This document shows positions 8,657 to 19,949 of a DNA stretch of 64,000 bases, piece after piece. Numbering within the stretch: the first letter of the stretch is position 1; each line of letters begins with the position of its first letter. The translations under genes were made by a program, and so were the position numbers. Origin of the DNA: an uncultured delta proteobacterium (GTDB lineage: Bacteria; Myxococcota_A; Polyangia; Palsa-1104); the NCBI GenBank assembly GCA_963785725.1, contig CAWAWS010000030.1, forward strand, positions 1-64,000, in the 5' to 3' direction. The notes below the pieces were generated by a model. It was not told where the DNA came from, ran no database searches, and was given only the letters and a program-made list of their open reading frames with translations.

Positions 8657-10342
8657 CGCCTTACGCAAGATCGGCAGCGGGATCGCGCCCAACGCCAAGA
8701 ACGCGTCGTGGAACTTGCGCAGCGAATATTGCGCGCCCAGCTTCTTCTTGTAGTCCGCCCGCAGCTGCAAGATCTGCAGCTTTCCCCAGGTGTAATAGAG
8801 GTAGGTCGGATCTTCGGTGCCGCGCTTCGTCTCCATTTCGGCCACCTTCTTCGACTGCAGGCCGCGCGTCATGAACAGCTGCTGCGCGTCCGCCATCGAC
8901 ATGCCTTGGGTATGCATGCGAATGCCGACGACGTAGCGCGCCGCGCGCAACAGCGCCTCTTGCACCTGCGCCAGCCGCAGCTTCGGGTCGCCCGAGCCCC
9001 AGCCTTCGTCGAGCATCATCTGCTCCGAGTAGTGCGCCCAGCCTTCGGCGTTCGACGAGCAGGCGTAGAGCTTGCGCGTGCGCGTCGGCATCTTCGGCAT
9101 CCACAAGAACTGCACGTAGTGGCCGGGAAACGCCTCGTGGATCGACACCAGCTGAATGATCCCGCGCGAAAAGCCGCCGCGCATGTAGCTCTCCACCTGA
9201 TCCGCCGGCCAGCTCGGGTCGGGCAGCGTCACGTTGTAGTAGGCCTCGTTGGCGTGCGCCTCGAACGGGCCGGGCGTGTCCATCGACGCCAGCGTGAACG
9301 CGCGCATGAACGGCGGCGACTCCTGCACGATCGGCATCACCGGCGACGGCACGGTCACGATGCCTTTGTCGACGAGGAACTGGCGCAGCCCGGCCAAGCG
9401 CGCGTTGACGTCGGCGAGCAGCGTCGCCGGCGTGCCGTGATCGGCGGCGAGCGCGGCTTGCACGTCGGTGGCCGGCTTCGTCGGATCGATCTGCTTCGCC
9501 GTCGCCACGTAGAGGTCGTGCAGCCGCGTCAGCTCGGCCTCGCCTTGCGCCAGCACTTGGTCGAGCGGCGTGTCGATGCCCTCGGCGCCGGCGAGCAGCG
9601 CGACGAACGCGTCCTTGCCGATGGCGAAGCTCGGCTTCGCCTTCGGCAGCCACGTCTTCTTCAGCCATTCGCCGTAATCGGCCAGCGCCCGCGTCGCCTT
9701 CGCCGTCGACGCGGTGAACCGCTTGCGCAGCGCCGGGTCGGTCACCGACGCAAACGCCTGCACCGTGTCGTTCTTCAGGAAGTCGATGCTCGACGGCAGC
9801 TCCTCCAAGGTCAGCTCGACGCTGATCTTCGCCGGGTCTTTCAGGTCCAACCGCGCATCGGCCAAGAGCTTCGGGATCTGCTCTTCGCGCGCGATCACCG
9901 ACGCCAGCCGCTTCGGCAGCGGCGCGAAGTCGCGCTTGACGACGAGATAGATGGCGTTGAGCGCCGCGCCCGAATAGATGCGCGGCAGGCGCTGCCAGCC
10001 GCGGCGCAGCTCGGTCTGCGCCAGCTGCTCGCGGACCGCCAGCTTGAGGACCTGTAGATCGATCGCCTCATCGCGGCTCAGCGCTTTGCCGTCGACGCCG
10101 TCGAAGATCGTCTGCCACTCGTGCAGGCGCGCGATCAGCTTCGCGAACGCCGCCGGCGAATAATCCGGCAGCTTGTCGTCGAAGTCGTGGATGCCGGCAC
10201 CGGTGGCGAACGCGGGATCGCGAGCCAGCGCTTCGTCCCAATAGCGATCGGCGAGCTTGGCGAAGGGCTCGGCAGCGACGGCAGGCGTCGTCAAGAGCGG
10301 CGTAACGACGAGCGCGACCAGGAGCACGAGGAGGCGACGCAT
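8645..10342 (-). CDS. DUF885 family exported protein (putative metallopeptidase)
   Basis: HEAFPGHYVQ, EGWAHYSE and FHDAFL motifs; signal peptide. Confidence 0.9.
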   Translation of the reverse strand: MRRLLVLLVALVVTPLLTTPAVAAEPFAKLADRYWDEALARDPAFATGAGIHDFDDKLPDYSPAAFAKLIARLHEWQTIFDGVDGKALSRDEAIDLQVLKLAVREQLAQTELRRGWQRLPRIYSGAALNAIYLVVKRDFAPLPKRLASVIAREEQIPKLLADARLDLKDPAKISVELTLEELPSSIDFLKNDTVQAFASVTDPALRKRFTASTAKATRALADYGEWLKKTWLPKAKPSFAIGKDAFVALLAGAEGIDTPLDQVLAQGEAELTRLHDLYVATAKQIDPTKPATDVQAALAADHGTPATLLADVNARLAGLRQFLVDKGIVTVPSPVMPIVQESPPFMRAFTLASMDTPGPFEAHANEAYYNVTLPDPSWPADQVESYMRGGFSRGIIQLVSIHEAFPGHYVQFLWMPKMPTRTRKLYACSSNAEGWAHYSEQMMLDEGWGSGDPKLRLAQVQEALLRAARYVVGIRMHTQGMSMADAQQLFMTRGLQSKKVAEMETKRGTEDPTYLYYTWGKLQILQLRADYKKKLGAQYSLRKFHDAFLALGAIPLPILRKALLE

Positions 10343-10413
10343 GCGCGGACAATAGCGCAAGGCGATGCCGCCGCGAAGCGGAGTGAATCGTCAGAGCTGG
10401 GCGAGAAGAGAAA

Positions 10414-10446
10414 CGAGCGCGGCGGCTTTTAGACGCGCCGCGCTCG
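10414..10446 (-). terminator. Intrinsic terminator-like hairpin
   Basis: CGAGCGCGGCG...CGCCGCGCTCG followed by TTTCTCTT on the minus strand, just after the stop at 10458. Confidence 0.55.
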
Positions 10447-10457
10447 CAAAGGAGAGC

Positions 10458-11465
10458 TTAGAACGAGGCCTTGACGAACGTGAAGCCGAGGCCGAGCGAC
10501 AGCGAATCCTTGGTCGTGTTGGCCGGATTCGGGTCGTAGACGCCGTTCTGGAACATCTGGATGTCCGGCGCGAGCACCTGCTGGATCAGGTTGTTCGTCG
10601 AGACCTCACAGATGTCGATCTTCATGTCGCCCGCCTTGGCGCAGGTGCCGTCCGGGTTCGTGCAGGTCGCGCCGCAAGCGGTGCTGGGCGCGCCGCCCGT
10701 GTCGAAGATCTGGGCGATCTGCATGTCGGTCGCCGTCTGCGGGACTTCGGCAACCTTCGAGCTGAGCAGCATGGCGACGTTCGGGATGACCTTCGACTGC
10801 ACGTTCGTCGAGCGCAGGAAGCCGTGGAGCTCGCCGCCCGTGACGACGCCCGTCGTGTCGCGCTTGTACTCGAGCTGGCCGCCTTCGACGTCGAGCTCGA
10901 CCGGGTCGGCGCCGGCGATGAGCGGCAGGAGGATGGTCAGGCTGACCGGGTTCTTCGTCGTGACCGGCGAGGACGAGTTGAACTTGCCGCCGGTGATCGG
11001 GCCGCTGAACGTGCCCGAGCCGTCGGTGACCGCGGTGAACGTGTCGGTGCCGTCATACTTCGGCGGCGTGGCCGTCGTCATGCCGCGCTCGACGATCGTC
11101 GAGGCACAGGTGTCGGTCTGGAACGTGGCGTCCGACGACGTCTCCGTGCCGAGCACGATGAGCGAGCCGGCCGTGACGGCCATCGTCACACCCATCTGCA
11201 CGTCGAGGTTCTCGGTCTTCAAGATGTTGACGATCGAGCCGAGCTGGTTGTCGACGCGGCCATCGCCGTTGAGGTCGATCGCCAGATCCGTCTTCGACTG
11301 CGGAACCGTTACGGTGTTGGCGACGTAGAGCGCCTTGTTGGAACCGCCCGACGAGGTGCAGTCCGTGTCGGTGTTCGTGCCGCCGTCGCCCTTGGCGCTG
11401 CTGCCGCCGCAAGCTGCAAACGTAAGCGGAAGAATCGAGAGCAGGCTAATCATGGTGCGCTTCAT
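10458..11465 (-). CDS. Cys/Thr-rich myxobacterial-type lipoprotein
   Basis: MKRTMISLLSILPLTFAAC lipobox; DLNGDGRVDNQLG Ca-binding-like loop; GAGGGG RBS. Confidence 0.85.
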   Translation of the reverse strand: MKRTMISLLSILPLTFAACGGSSAKGDGGTNTDTDCTSSGGSNKALYVANTVTVPQSKTDLAIDLNGDGRVDNQLGSIVNILKTENLDVQMGVTMAVTAGSLIVLGTETSSDATFQTDTCASTIVERGMTTATPPKYDGTDTFTAVTDGSGTFSGPITGGKFNSSSPVTTKNPVSLTILLPLIAGADPVELDVEGGQLEYKRDTTGVVTGGELHGFLRSTNVQSKVIPNVAMLLSSKVAEVPQTATDMQIAQIFDTGGAPSTACGATCTNPDGTCAKAGDMKIDICEVSTNNLIQQVLAPDIQMFQNGVYDPNPANTTKDSLSLGLGFTFVKASF

Positions 11466-11553
11466 GTGTAATACCCCTCGAACGGTTGTGTCGGCCTTAT
11501 AACCTGTTTCAGTATTGAGAGTCGAGCATTCCCAGCTTAGACTTCGACTGCCG

Positions 11554-13080
11554 ATGGCTGCCGACGGGTACACCTGGACGGGGACGCTAGAGGAAACCGA
11601 TATTCAATCCCTCTATGCGGCTTGTCAGTCTCTTCGCTTCTCGGGAAAGCTGGAGCTGCGTGACAACGCAATCCGCGCCGAGGTCACGTTCGTCGGTGGC
11701 GAGCCTATCGAAATCGATGGCGGCGACACACAGCGCATTGCGTTATGGAACAAAGGAACGTTCCGCGCGGTGCAGAGCATCCCCAATCTCGCCGGCGAAT
11801 TGACGGGCCAGCGCGAGATGGAGGGATCGCTGGCGATCACCAAAGCCTCGGCATTATGGGCCTGGATCAGTGAATACAGATTGACGTGTGACATCGACTT
11901 GGAGCGGCCGGGCTCGAAGGCGGTCGTCTCGTTCTCGAACGGCCACGCCGAGAGCGCGCAGGTGAACGGCATGCCGGAATTGGCGGCGTTGGCGCGCGTG
12001 TCGTCGTGGACCGACGGCAGCTTCCGCGTGAAGCTGAAGCCGCTGTTCGTCGACGGGGCTTTGGCCGCGGCGCCGATGATTCACGAGGGCGCGCCGCCGG
12101 CGGGACGACAGTTCGACGTTTCGCGCTCGATCCCGATGGACATCAAGCTGCGCGAGCAGGCCAAGCTGTCGCCGCAGGCGACGTTCGGGCCGCCCAAGCC
12201 GGCGCTGCCGACGCCGCCGCTCGGGGAGTTGGCGATCGGCACCAACCAGCCGCACGGCCGCGACGAGCCGACGGCGGCGCAGCGCTCGTTGTCGCAGCTG
12301 CCGGCGGGCGACGACAAGAAGCGCAGCCCGTTCGATCCGATCGAAGCGTCGCAGGGCATGCCGCGCCTCGAGCCCGACGTGTTGTCGCCGGGGCCGGCGA
12401 AGCGCTCGAAGCTGCCCTGGCTGGCGTCGCTGGGCGCGATTGTCGTCGCCGGCGGCTTGGGCGCGCTCTACTACAATCATCTGCCGCCGTTTTCGCCGCC
12501 GCCGAAGCCGATCGTCGAGCCGGCGGCGTCGGGCGAGACGGTCGCGCCGTCGGGCGCGAACGTGGCGCCGTCGGGCGAAGCGGCGACGCCGTCGGGCGCG
12601 AACGTGGCGCCGTCGGGTGTGGCGGTCAAGCCGTCGGGCGAGCCGGTCGCGCCGGCGACGGGCGTCGCCGTCAAGCCGTCGGGCGAGTCGACGAAGCCGA
12701 CGAAGCCCGAAGTCACCAAAGTCGAGCCGCCGAAGAAGGAGCCGCCGAAAGAGAAACCGACGGACAAATTCATCGCCAAAGGGCGGCTCTTGTTGATCGA
12801 AGGGCACGGGCGGACGGCGATGGAGCAGTTCCATCACGCGGTGAAGCTGGCGCCGAAAGACGCGTCGCTCAAGGTCTACGAGCAGCAGGCCGCGGGCAAG
12901 CTGGGCAAGGCCGAGCTCGTGCTCGAGGGCAAAGGCACGATCACCGTCGACGGCTACAAGTTCCCGTCGCCGCGCAAGATCAAGGTCATGGCCGGCCCGC
13001 ACAGCGTCGACGCCGGCGACGGCGAAGAAGAGGTCACGCTCAAGCGTGGCGAGAAGCGGCGCATCAAGGTCAAGAAGTGA
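11554..13080 (+). CDS. Bitopic membrane protein: two DUF4388-like N-terminal repeats, Pro-rich linker, TM, 7-aa repeats, TPR/PEGA-like C-terminus
   Basis: Two ~85-aa units (...LW.KGTF / ...SWTDGSF); TM LPWLASLGAIVVAGGLGALYY; ITVDG...AGPHSV. Confidence 0.65.
   Translation: MAADGYTWTGTLEETDIQSLYAACQSLRFSGKLELRDNAIRAEVTFVGGEPIEIDGGDTQRIALWNKGTFRAVQSIPNLAGELTGQREMEGSLAITKASALWAWISEYRLTCDIDLERPGSKAVVSFSNGHAESAQVNGMPELAALARVSSWTDGSFRVKLKPLFVDGALAAAPMIHEGAPPAGRQFDVSRSIPMDIKLREQAKLSPQATFGPPKPALPTPPLGELAIGTNQPHGRDEPTAAQRSLSQLPAGDDKKRSPFDPIEASQGMPRLEPDVLSPGPAKRSKLPWLASLGAIVVAGGLGALYYNHLPPFSPPPKPIVEPAASGETVAPSGANVAPSGEAATPSGANVAPSGVAVKPSGEPVAPATGVAVKPSGESTKPTKPEVTKVEPPKKEPPKEKPTDKFIAKGRLLLIEGHGRTAMEQFHHAVKLAPKDASLKVYEQQAAGKLGKAELVLEGKGTITVDGYKFPSPRKIKVMAGPHSVDAGDGEEEVTLKRGEKRRIKVKK
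12520..12690 (+). repeat. Coding 21-bp tandem repeats (xxxxPSG, about 7-8 units)
   Basis: ccgtcgggc recurs about every 21 nt; the ANVAPSG and VAVKPSG units are duplicated. Confidence 0.85.
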
Positions 13081-13256
13081 CGCTGCTCGGCGCGCTGCTG
13101 GTGTTGAGCGGCGGCGCCGGCGCGGGCTGGGCGCTGAAGACGGCGACGTCGCGGCAGCGGCCCGTCGATCTGTTGGGCGCGCTGTTGGCGCCGGTCTTCG
13201 TCATTTGCATGTTGGTCGGCGGCGTCCTCTGCTTCGTGCCCGATTTCTTGCGCTGA
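13077..13256 (+). CDS. Small two-TM membrane protein (59 aa)
   Basis: GTGA overlap with the upstream stop; MTLLGALLVLSGGAGAGWAL...LLGALLAPVFVICMLVGGVLCFVP. Confidence 0.65.
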   Translation: MTLLGALLVLSGGAGAGWALKTATSRQRPVDLLGALLAPVFVICMLVGGVLCFVPDFLR

Positions 13257-15004
13257 CGCTGCTCCTGTTGCCGTCGCTGGCGCAGGCGGCGGTCGACTAT
13301 CGCGTGACGCTGGGCGAGCGGGCGCAGCATCGCGTCGACGTCGAGCTGACGGTGACGGACGCGCACGGGCACGTCGAGCTGTGGATGCCGGTGTGGACGC
13401 CGGGCGCGTACGAGCTGCGCACCTGGGGCCGCAACGTCACGCCGCTCGCCGCCAGCGACGACGCCGGCCACGCGCTGCCGCTGGCGCGCACGAGCCCGTC
13501 GCGCTTCGTTGTCGACTCGGGCGCGGCGACGACCGTGCACGTGCGCTATCGCGTCTACGCGGCCAAGCTCAGCGACGACGGCTCGCACGTCGACGGCGGG
13601 CACGCGCTGTTGAACGGCAGCTCCATCTTTCTCGCCGTCGCCGGTCAGGAAGCGGGCGCGCAGGATGTGCACGTGCATTTGCCCGACGGCTGGCGCGCGG
13701 CGACGGCGCTGACGCCGACGACGTCCAGCGCCGGCGCGACCGATTGGCGCGCCGCCAATTACCAAGCGCTCATCGACGCGCCCATCGAATGTGGCCGCTT
13801 CCTCGACGCCAGCGTGCGCGCCGGCGAGCGCGTCTTCCGCGTCGTCGTCGACGGCAGCCATGACCGCGCGACGGTCGAGCGGCTGGCCGGCGACCTGGCC
13901 AAGCTGACGGCGACCGAGAGCGCGTTCGTGGGCCCGCCACCGTTTCGCCGCTACCTCGTGCTCTTGCATTTGGCCGACGAGCCGGGCCACGTGGCGGCGC
14001 TCGAGCACGCGGCGTCGACGTCGATCTTGGTGCCGCGCTCGGCGTTCGACGATCGCGCGGGCTACGACGAGGTCGTCTACGTCATCGCGCACGAGCTGTT
14101 TCACGCCTGGAACGCGCGCGTGCTCCTGCCCGCCGACCTGACGCCGTACGATCTGACGAAGCCGCAGCCTTCGCGCGCGCTGTGGATCACCGAAGGGCTG
14201 AGCGAATATTACGCGCATCGCGCCATGCGTCGCTTGCATCGCTGGTCGCGCAACGAGTATCTGGCGCGCGTGTCGGAAGAGGCCGGTCACGCCATCGAGT
14301 CGGCGCGCGGCGGGCTGTCGCTCGAAAGCGCCGCGCAGGCGACGTGGCAGCCGTCCGACGACGCCGGCGCCGATCTCGACGGCTACTACGCGCGCGGCCA
14401 CTTGGTCGCGCTGGCGATCGACGCCGCCATTCGCACGGCCAGCGACGGCAAACACTCGCTCGACGACGTCCTGCGCGCGCTCCTCGCCGACGCCGCCAAG
14501 GCCGGCGGCACGCTGCCCGTCGACACCGATGTCCTGGCGGCGGCGGTCGATCGCGTCGCGCCCGGCGTCGGCGCGCGCGTGACGGCGTGGGCGCGCAAGG
14601 GCGACGAGACCACGCAGCTCGCGGAGGCGTTGGCGGGGCTCGGGCTGCAGCTCGTCGTCACCACGGCGCCGGTGCACGCGTCGGCCGGCTTCGGCGCGCT
14701 GCGCGATGGCCCGGTGCTGGTCGTCGAGCAGCTGCCGCCCGAAGGCGCCGCCGCGCTCGGCGGTCTGCGCATCGGCGATCGCATCGTCGCCATCGACGGC
14801 GCCGCGCCGACGACGCACTGGCAAGAGCAGCTGTGGACGCGCGCGCCGGGCACGATGATCACGCTGGCCGTCATGCGCGGCGAGCAGAAGCTGCTCCTGC
14901 GCGTGACCTTGCTCGAGCGCAGCGAAGTGGCGGCGACGATCGCGCCCTTGCCGGACGCGACCGCAGCCGCCCAGCGACGGCGCGACGCCTTCTTGAATCC
15001 ATAG
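13235..15004 (+). CDS. M61 glycyl aminopeptidase family protein with PDZ domain (start uncertain)
   Basis: MPVWTPGAY, ALEH, AHELFHAWN, LWITEGLSEYY, YYARG; C-terminal PDZ GLRIGDRIVAIDG. Confidence 0.9.
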   Translation, partial: RARFLALTLLLLPSLAQAAVDYRVTLGERAQHRVDVELTVTDAHGHVELWMPVWTPGAYELRTWGRNVTPLAASDDAGHALPLARTSPSRFVVDSGAATTVHVRYRVYAAKLSDDGSHVDGGHALLNGSSIFLAVAGQEAGAQDVHVHLPDGWRAATALTPTTSSAGATDWRAANYQALIDAPIECGRFLDASVRAGERVFRVVVDGSHDRATVERLAGDLAKLTATESAFVGPPPFRRYLVLLHLADEPGHVAALEHAASTSILVPRSAFDDRAGYDEVVYVIAHELFHAWNARVLLPADLTPYDLTKPQPSRALWITEGLSEYYAHRAMRRLHRWSRNEYLARVSEEAGHAIESARGGLSLESAAQATWQPSDDAGADLDGYYARGHLVALAIDAAIRTASDGKHSLDDVLRALLADAAKAGGTLPVDTDVLAAAVDRVAPGVGARVTAWARKGDETTQLAEALAGLGLQLVVTTAPVHASAGFGALRDGPVLVVEQLPPEGAAALGGLRIGDRIVAIDGAAPTTHWQEQLWTRAPGTMITLAVMRGEQKLLLRVTLLERSEVAATIAPLPDATAAAQRRRDAFLNP

Positions 15005-15029
15005 CGGGAGTAGAAGTTACGAACGGAGA

Positions 15030-15979
15030 TCAGACGAAGGTGAGCCACTCGGGATGGAGCGGCTTTTCCTGGCCGGCGCGACCTTTGACGCTCTCGAAGT
15101 AGGCGTCCTGCAGCTTGCGCGTGATCGGCCCGCACTCGCCCTTGCCGATCTGGCGGTCGTCGATCTCGCGCACCGGCGTCAGCTCGGCGGCGGTGCCGGT
15201 GAAGAAGACCTCGTCGGCGATGTACAGCTCGTCGCGCGCGAAGGTGCTCTCCTCGACGGTCAAGCCCATGCTCGCGCGCCAGCTGAATGACGGTGTCGCG
15301 CGTGATGCCGGCCAAGATCGCCGACGACAACGGCGGCGTGCGAATCTTGCCCTTGCTTGACCATGAAGATGTTCTCGCCCGAGGCTTCGGCGACGTGGCC
15401 CTTCGCGTCGAGCAGGATGGCCTCGGAGTAGCCGGCCTTGATCGCTTCGCGCTTGGCCAACACCGAGTTGACGTACTGGCCGCAGATCTTGCCCTTGGAC
15501 ATGATCGAGTTGAGGCCGCCGCGCGTGAACGACGAGACCTTGGCGCGGATGCCGCGACGCAAGCCCTCTTCGCCGAGATAGGCGCCCCACTCGTAGACGG
15601 CGACGGCGACGCGCACCGGATTGCCCAACGAGCCGAGGCCGAGCTCGCCGTCGCCGAGGAAGACCAGCGGGCGCAGATAGGCCTCGTTCATCTTGTTGGC
15701 GCGCATGGTGTCGACGCAGGCGGCGATGATCTGCTCGCGCGTGTACGGCACTTCGATGCTGCAGATCTGCGCGCTCTCGAACAGGCGATCGATGTGCTCG
15801 GTGAGGCGGAAGATGGCGCCTTTGCCGTCGGCGCGCTTGTAGGCGCGGATGCCTTCGAAAGCGCCGACGCCGTAGTGCAGCGTGTGCGTGAGGACGTGGA
15901 CGTTGGCCTGCGCAAACGGCACGAGGCTTCCGTCCAACCAAATTTTATCGACAGGTTTGAGCTTGGTTCCAGCGGACAT
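15030..15979 (-). CDS. ilvE: Branched-chain amino acid aminotransferase (2 apparent frameshifts, ~15350 and ~15265)
   Basis: HTLHYGVGAFEGIRAY, KICGQYVNS, EASGENIF, ILAGITRDT and DEVFFTGTAAE found across three frames. Confidence 0.93.
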
Positions 15980-16045
15980 ATCTAGAGTGTTAGCACAAAC
16001 CGTGCGGCCAGGATCAAGGCCGTTGGTGACGCTAATTCCGTGTCA

Positions 16046-16831
16046 TTACGGAGCGGGCGCGATGTTGTTGCGCGGCTGCTGCGAGTCCTTCACCTCGGTC
16101 GCTTCCGGCGTGTCGTTGACGTCGCCGCGCACGTCCGTCACCGGCGGCGGCACGGCGCGCTCGGGCGCCGGCTCGTTGACGCCGTAGTCGCCGCGCGACG
16201 CGGTGCGCAGCTCGCCGCGGCGATCGTCCCAATTGGTCTTGAGCTGCGCCGCTTCGCCGGCGATCTGCGCCACGCGCGCCCGCTGCTCGGCCAGGCGATC
16301 TTGCGCCTCCTGGCGATTGGCGTCGATGCGCCGCGGATCGGCCGTGGTCGCCACGCCGTCGCGCACGAGCAGATGCAGCTTGTCGCTGTCGATGTCGGCG
16401 CGCGCGGCCGACAACTGCGCGTCGGCTTCGTCGATCTTGGCCTCGCGCAGCTCGATCACGCGGTCGGCGTAGTCGACTTTGGCGCGCGCGGCGACGACCT
16501 GGGCGCGCGCATCGTCCTCGTCGCGCATGGCGAGGCGCACGGCGCGATCGTCACGCGTGCGGCGGCCGAGCTCCAACGAGGCGCGCGCCGCGTCCAGCCG
16601 CGAACGGGCCGCCGATAGCTCGGAAGTGGAAATCCGACGGAACTGACGGGCATCGTCGCGGGAAGCGCGCGCCGCCTCCAAGTTCGACTGCGCGACGTCG
16701 ACCGAGCGCTGCGCCGTCACCAGCTGCGCGCGATCCGGCATCGGCAAGCGCGCGACTTCTTTATCCGAAACTGCGGATCCGGCACAGCCACCGACGCACA
16801 GCGCACCGACCAGCAACAACCGTCGCATCAT
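16046..16831 (-). CDS. Coiled-coil lipoprotein
   Basis: Lipobox VGGC; Ala/Arg/Asp-rich heptads; AGGAGG RBS. Confidence 0.8.
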   Translation of the reverse strand: MMRRLLLVGALCVGGCAGSAVSDKEVARLPMPDRAQLVTAQRSVDVAQSNLEAARASRDDARQFRRISTSELSAARSRLDAARASLELGRRTRDDRAVRLAMRDEDDARAQVVAARAKVDYADRVIELREAKIDEADAQLSAARADIDSDKLHLLVRDGVATTADPRRIDANRQEAQDRLAEQRARVAQIAGEAAQLKTNWDDRRGELRTASRGDYGVNEPAPERAVPPPVTDVRGDVNDTPEATEVKDSQQPRNNIAPAP

Positions 16832-16864
16832 GACCGTCCTCCTGAGTGAACGAACGAGCTGTTG

Positions 16865-19794
16865 CTACTGCAACGGGCGTTCCGTTTCTAAGGGGTTCAG
16901 GTGACGCGCATAGAGTGCACGCACGCGTTCGGTGTGTTGCCGATAGTCGGCGAAGAGCCGCGCGCCGCCGTCGTCGCCGTGGTAGCCGAGCCGGCGCGCC
17001 AGCTTGGCCAGCTCGCGCGGGCGATCGCTGATCTGCTGGATCGATCGATCGCTGACGATGCGCAGGCGATTCTCGAGCCGCCGCAGAAACGCGTAGGACT
17101 CGGCCAGCTGGCGCGCGTCGGCGGCGTCGATGAAGCCGGCGACGGCGAGCGCGGCCAGCGCGTCGGCGGTGGCGCGCAGTCGCACCGACGGCGTCGACGG
17201 CCCGGCGATGAGCTGCAGATACTGCGTCAGGAACTCGACGTCGACGAGGCCGCCGCGGCCGGTCTTGATGTTGAACAGGTGCGCCGTCTCCTGCGCCAGC
17301 TCGCGCTCCATGCGCGCGCGCAAGCGGCCGATCTCGGTCGCCGATGTGGTCGCGGTCGACGTCGCCGGCGCTGTAGACGTGGGCCTCGGCCAGCCGCTCG
17401 ATCTCGGCGCCGAGCGCGCGGTCGCCGGCCACCGTGCGCGCCTTGATGAGCGCTTGCCGCTCCCACAGCGCCGCCTCTTTGGCGTGATAGGCGCGAAACC
17501 CCGCCAGCGACGACACCAGCGCGCCTTTTTGTCCCGACGGGCGCAGGCGCGTGTCGATCTCGTAGAGCCGGCCTTCCTCGAGGTAGGACGACAGCGCGTG
17601 AATGAGCCGCTGCGCCAGCCGCGACATGACCTCGAAGTTGGTGACCGCGCGCCCGCCCGACGCTTGCCCCTCGTCGCTGTAGATGAAGACGACGTCGAGA
17701 TCGGACGAGTAGGTCAGCTCGCGGCCGCCCAGCTTGCCGAGGCCCATCACCGTCAGCGTCGCCGACGGCGTGCCCCACTTGGCGAACGTCGGCAGGGCGA
17801 CGACGGCCAGCACCGCTTCCAGCAGCGCGTCCGCCAGATCCGTCAGCTGCGCCGAGACCTCTGCCGCCGTCAGCTCGCCGCCGACGTCGTGCAGGCCGAT
17901 GCGCAAGAGCTCCTCGTTCTTGAGGCGGCGCAGCGCGTTCAAGCGGCCCTCTTCGTCGTCGGCGGCGCAGCGATCTTGGGCGCGCGCGACGAGCGCGGCG
18001 ATCTCGTCGCGCGTGCGCAGGCGCGAGCTCGTCGCCGCCGACAACAGCGGCTCCATCAGCTCGGGATGCTCGACGAACGTCTTGCCCAAGAATTCGCTGG
18101 TGCCGAAGAGCGTCATCACCAGCCGGGCGAGCGGCGGATGCTGCGGCGACGAGCCGCCAAATTCCCGCGCCGCCGCCGCGACGACCGACGAGATCGACCA
18201 AGCGACGCAGCGCCAAGTCGGGATCGGGCGAGGCCGCGACCTCGCCGAGCAGCTGCGCCGCCAGGTCGCCGACGGCCGCCGGTGAAAACGGCGACTGCGG
18301 CTTGGCGCGCAGCAGCATGAGCTCGTCGGCCGAGGCCTCGACGTCGGCAAAGCCGAGCTCGCGCAGCGCCGCCGGGGCATCGGCGCGCGTCAACGCCGGG
18401 TCGACGAGCTGCAAGACGGCCGGCGCCGGCGTCGTCTCGGGCGCGCCCAGCGTCGCGAACAGCTTGGCGACGCGCGCGCGCACGCCTTCGAGCGTCGTGG
18501 CGAAGGCCTGCGCGTCCGAGAAGCCGAGCCGGCGCGCGAGCAGCGCCTGCGCGACCGGATCGCTCGGCAGCGCGTGCGTCTGCCGGCCTTCGGCGAGCTG
18601 CAGCCGATGCTCGACGCGGCGCAGGAAGACGTAGGCATCGGCCAGCGTCCGGCGCTCGCGCTCCGAGACGACGCCCGCCGAACGCAGCCGCTCGAGCGCC
18701 GCCAGCGTGCCGCGCACGCGCAGCGCCGGATTGCGCCCGCCGTGGACCAGCTGCAGCGCCTGCGCGAAGAATTCGACCTCGCGGATGCCGCCGCGGCCGA
18801 GCTTGACGTCGCTCTCGGTCGGCCGCTCGCCACGCATGCGCGCGACGAGCGAATAGACGGCGTCGATGACCGAGCGGCCCATCGCGCGCGGCCACACGAA
18901 CGGCGCCAGCATCGCCTCCCATTCGCTGCCGAGCTCGAGGTCACCGGCGACGGGGCGCGCTTTGATCCACGCCTGTCGCTCCCACGGTCGGCCGAAGGTC
19001 TCGTAGTAGCGTTCGGCGGCGCCGAGCGCGTTGCACAAGGGGCCGCGCGTGCCTTCGGGCCGCAGCCGCAGGTCGACGCGAAAGACGTAGCCGTCGTCGG
19101 TGACGTCGGCGATGGCGCGGGTCAGGCGCTCGCACAGCTTGGTGAAGAACTCGTGCAGCGTGAGGTTGCCGGCGCTGCCGTGGTCGGTCTCGTACAAGTA
19201 GATGAGATCGATGTCGGACGAGAAGTTGAGCTCTTCGCCGCCCTGCTTGCCCATGCCGAAGACGACGAAGCGGCAGCGGCGGCCGGCGCCCTCGCCGCTC
19301 GCGATACGCGGCTCGCCGTGGCGCGCGGCGAGCTCGGCGTAGACGCGCGTCAAGGCCGCATCGAGCGTGACGTCGGCGAGGTGGGCCAGCTCGCGCGCCA
19401 CTTCGTCGGCGTGGCCCCAGCCGAGCTCGCGCGCGCCGAGGCGCAAGTATTCGCGGTTGCGATAGGCGCGCAGGCCGGCGAACAGCTCGGCGTCGGCGAG
19501 CGTGGCGGCCAGCTCGTCGCGCATCGTGGCCGCGTCCTTTTCGCGGCCGAGGAAGCGATCGCTCGCCAACGTTTGCAGCCGTGCGGGTTCGCGAATGAGC
19601 GGCGCCATCAGGTAGGGCGACTGCGCGGCGATCGCCGTCAACAAGGCCACGGCGTTCTCGTCGGCCAGCAGCGTCGGCAGCGTGTCGCCGGCGGCATCGC
19701 AGAAGCGCGCGAGGCGCGTCGGCGCGCCGGCCGGATCGGGCCCGGCCGCGGCCAGAGCTTGCAGGTGCGTGCGCATGGCGACAGGATCCGGCAC
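16865..19794 (-). CDS. glnE: Bifunctional glutamine synthetase adenylyltransferase/deadenylase (apparent frameshifts ~18143 and ~17342)
   Basis: GMGKQGGEELNFSSDIDLIY, DLRLRPEG, KLGRGGIREVEF; second domain GLGKLGGRELTYSSDLD and IKTGRGGLVDVEF. Confidence 0.93.
16869..16884 (-). promoter_or_regulatory. Candidate sigma54 -24/-12 promoter
   Basis: CGGAACG-CCCG-TTGCA (GG-N10-GC), about 40 nt before the lipoprotein start. Confidence 0.55.
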
Positions 19795-19949
19795 GGCGAG
19801 CGATCAGAATATACCGCCACCACTTGATCCGCCGTCGCGGCGAACCGATACTTCGGCGATATGAACGAGTGTCAGCGAGTGAAGGTGAGCGTCCGGCCGG
19901 TAGAGCCAGCGGATCGTCCGATTTGCTCGTGGCCGCAGCTGGAGCGGCC

